Below, one piece after another: positions 61,421-64,000 of a DNA stretch of 64,000 bases (position 1 is its first letter; each line of letters opens with the position of its first letter). A model generated the notes under the pieces. It ran no database searches, was not told the origin of the DNA, and saw nothing but the letters and a program-made list of their open reading frames with translations. A program made the translations under genes and the position numbers. The stretch comes from Takakia lepidozioides (Eukaryota > Plantae > Bryophyta): positions 4,588,001 to 4,652,000 of the forward strand of contig CM060733.1 of assembly GCA_030704615.1 (NCBI GenBank), in the 5' to 3' direction.

Positions 61421-63985
61421 CTAACCAAATAGACCCCCAGCACCTAGCTCAGCCTTGCGTAGTTCACGCTTCCTCTGTTCCTCCAGGGGATCAGGACTTC
61501 TCATTACCCGTCTCATGCGCCGGTCATGCTCACTCCGTGCTGGGAACGTTGGCATGAACTCCTTTGCCTTGGGCAAGGGCACCTCCCGAAACCATTCATG
61601 ATTAAGAGCTTCTTCTGCAGTTATCCTCTTTAGAGGATCATATGTGAGAAGTCGGTTAAGTAGATCAAATCCACTCTCTGACAGCGTTGGCCTCCCAGCG
61701 AACGCAGTTGGCGGGAATTTTTCCCTCAACCTGTTGTAAGGTTGCCGAACAAAGTTGCACTTGACACCTGGTAGCTTGACATAATCCGGCCATATCTTCT
61801 CGTTAGGGGTGCCCAGGGTCTTGAAAATCTTATCAATCTGGTCAATTTCTGACTTGCCGTTAAAAAGGGGCTCCTTTGCAAGAAATTCAGCCATGATACA
61901 ACCAAGTGACCACATGTCAATTGCTGTTGAATACTCCTTGGCTCCCAGCAGTAGCTCTGGTGCTCTGTACCACAGAGTAACCACCATGTGTGTATAGGAT
62001 TTAAGCGGGCTTCCATACTGCCGAGCCAAACCAAAATCACAAATTTTAAGTTCTCCACGATTGTTGAGCAGCAGATTGGAGGTTTTCAAATCACGGTGCA
62101 GAACCCAATTGTCATGCAAATACTTCACACCCTCAAAGAGTTGGAGCATCAGGCATTTTACCTCACTCTGACTGAACGGTTGTTTCATGGATTCCATCAG
62201 CCCCTTCAGATCATGCTCCATGTACTCCATCACCATAAATATACTATCCAGATTGTTCCCCACCACCACCTCTTTCACATCAACCACTGAATGATGATGG
62301 AATGACAACAACACATTGATTTCCCTCAATGATGTCATTGGAAAACCCTCTCGCTCCTTCTCCATCTTCACTTTCTTCAATGCAACAATCTCTCCTGTTT
62401 TCTTATTCCTCGCACGAAACACAACTCCATATGTGCCTTCATCAATCTTGTTCAACTTCTCAAACTCATCCACGCTTCTGCACCCTTTCAGCATGTCAAT
62501 GGCCCGACAGTGCTGGGACTGAACAGGCAGGGACAAAGGTTCTTCGATGTCTGAATCAAGCTGTGGCTGCTGAACCTCTCCATCATCATTGTCATAATCC
62601 TCATCAAGCTCCCTAAGCTCCTTCTTATTCAGCTCCCGCTCATACTCTTCACCATCTCCTCTGGAACCACTCCGGCCCCCTTCACTGCCTTTCCCTATAC
62701 TACCATCACTATCTGTGCCCTTTGCCTTCCTGCGCATGTCATCTGGCTTCTCCTGCCTGTATTCTCCAGGCTCAGGTGAGGTACTGTGGCCACTTGTTTG
62801 TGGACCCCCAGAAGAAAGCTGACCCTCTTCACTGTCTAGGCTCGCAGATTTATGTGCCCTAACTTTTGCTCCAGCTGAAAGTGGCGACTTAATAGGTTCT
62901 GGCGTATGTGTCTCTCCAGCCCAGCGTGAGGCAGAAATTGCAATGGGAGCTGGGGCGTCATCTTCATCCTCATGCATGGGGCTGTCAGGAACAAGCTGTC
63001 CAGGCTCCGGCGCATCATCTGAGTCAGGAGAAACCCTAACCTGATCCTCCATATGTACGTCTACAACTTCCCTCTCACCAATGCTCTCTGTTACAACAGG
63101 CGACTCTCTACCATTATTCAAAAGTGGTGGCAGCGGTAACAACAGTGCTGCGTCCGCTACAATTGCCGTGCTCGGAACAGGGGCGAGTCCGACTGGAACG
63201 CTAGCAGAAGGCAACACCGACCTATTTCCTGCAAGAGTTCTTCCAAGAACAGGGGCCGACTGACTAGGGGAGGTGGAAGGCCTTCCCGGCACCGAAGGCA
63301 GTAGAGGGGAGCGCTTTGGAGGAGAAGAAAAATTTGGAATAGAAGCACGAGGAGAGGGGGGAGTAGAACTGGACGATCGTGGGTGTTGTGGAAAGGGTGA
63401 AGGAGATGGTCCAAACCTGCTTGATGCCGGCGGTGCTGCTGATGAGGCTGCAGGATATAGAGATGAACTGGACAGCTTAGAGCGAGCCTGCTTATCATCA
63501 AGATCCCAGACTATCGGCGAATACTTTCGCTTCTTAGGTGCAGACGAGCTCCCAGTTTCGTCAGAACCTTGGTGCTTTAAAAGATTTATTGATGGCCCGC
63601 GATGGCCGCGGCCTCCCATAGGCTCGCCTCCATCCACTTCCCCATCTTCTGATCTACTTCCACTTGTGATTTCTCCAGGCTCCCTTTCAACCTCCCTGCC
63701 TCGCGGCCTCCCTCTTCTGCCTGCCTCCCACTCCCTCTCTCTTCCTCTTTCTCTCTCCCTTTCTGTCTCTCTCCTATCATGGAGCCTCTCCACCTCCCGG
63801 CCGCGCCCTCGAACCTCACGTGAATACGGCAGCCGCTCCCCTTCCACATCCCGATCTCGCTCATGCATACGGTCTCGGTTACCACTTCTCTCGCGGTCGT
63901 GAGATGGAGAGTAAGGGGGAGTCCTGGAGGGCCCCCGCGGGTGTGATGAAGACAGAGGCCCGACGTGGTGCCGTCCTCCGACCAT
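61421..63985 (-). CDS. CDKG: Cyclin-dependent kinase G (CDK11/PITSLRE family) with Arg/Glu/Ser-rich N-terminus
   Basis: 854-aa uninterrupted ORF: [59 protein letters not shown]. Confidence 0.93.
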   Translation of the reverse strand: MVGGRHHVGPLSSSHPRGPSRTPPYSPSHDRERSGNRDRMHERDRDVEGERLPYSREVRGRGREVERLHDRRETERERERGREREWEAGRRGRPRGREVEREPGEITSGSRSEDGEVDGGEPMGGRGHRGPSINLLKHQGSDETGSSSAPKKRKYSPIVWDLDDKQARSKLSSSSLYPAASSAAPPASSRFGPSPSPFPQHPRSSSSTPPSPRASIPNFSSPPKRSPLLPSVPGRPSTSPSQSAPVLGRTLAGNRSVLPSASVPVGLAPVPSTAIVADAALLLPLPPLLNNGRESPVVTESIGEREVVDVHMEDQVRVSPDSDDAPEPGQLVPDSPMHEDEDDAPAPIAISASRWAGETHTPEPIKSPLSAGAKVRAHKSASLDSEEGQLSSGGPQTSGHSTSPEPGEYRQEKPDDMRRKAKGTDSDGSIGKGSEGGRSGSRGDGEEYERELNKKELRELDEDYDNDDGEVQQPQLDSDIEEPLSLPVQSQHCRAIDMLKGCRSVDEFEKLNKIDEGTYGVVFRARNKKTGEIVALKKVKMEKEREGFPMTSLREINVLLSFHHHSVVDVKEVVVGNNLDSIFMVMEYMEHDLKGLMESMKQPFSQSEVKCLMLQLFEGVKYLHDNWVLHRDLKTSNLLLNNRGELKICDFGLARQYGSPLKSYTHMVVTLWYRAPELLLGAKEYSTAIDMWSLGCIMAEFLAKEPLFNGKSEIDQIDKIFKTLGTPNEKIWPDYVKLPGVKCNFVRQPYNRLREKFPPTAFAGRPTLSESGFDLLNRLLTYDPLKRITAEEALNHEWFREVPLPKAKEFMPTFPARSEHDRRMRRVMRSPDPLEEQRKRELRKAELGAGGLFG

Positions 63986-64000
63986 GGCCTCAGGATACCC

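Overview
This is eukaryotic nuclear DNA from a land plant, most likely a non-seed plant such as a bryophyte (inferred from GT-AG introns, a moss-type PLS-PPR gene, Phi-class GSTs and CDKG). Host genes are two 3-exon Phi GSTs (3126-4989, 57304-58378), a PLS-class PPR gene with a decayed DYW tail (8061-11173), a 5-exon mitochondrial carrier (14431-17273) and an intronless CDKG-like kinase (61421-63985, minus). A nested TE island at ~21-57 kb holds three unusual elements. (1) A Ty3/Gypsy-type retroelement whose pol carries a DNMT3-like C5-cytosine methyltransferase between protease and RT and a PHD finger after integrase (24784-32412), with a second partial copy at 41662-44788. (2) A GC/CpG-rich unclassified element (~32460-41161, cut by an assembly gap) carrying a spliced gene that fuses a ParB/Srx-like domain (VWDGNHR) to a beta-class N4C/N6A methyltransferase-like domain. 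This gene is flanked by, and has introns seeded with, about 29 copies of the 20-bp palindrome GAAATGCGG(CG/CA/TG)CCGCATTTC, mostly spaced at near-integer helical turns; it is the best candidate for an undescribed system. (3) A Gypsy element with a dUTPase-like domain and an extra upstream ORF (49548-57017). Also present are pogo and hAT relics, a kinase fragment, a 550-bp foldback and a two-copy tRNA-like repeat. All domain calls are by-eye motif recognition; no searches were run.
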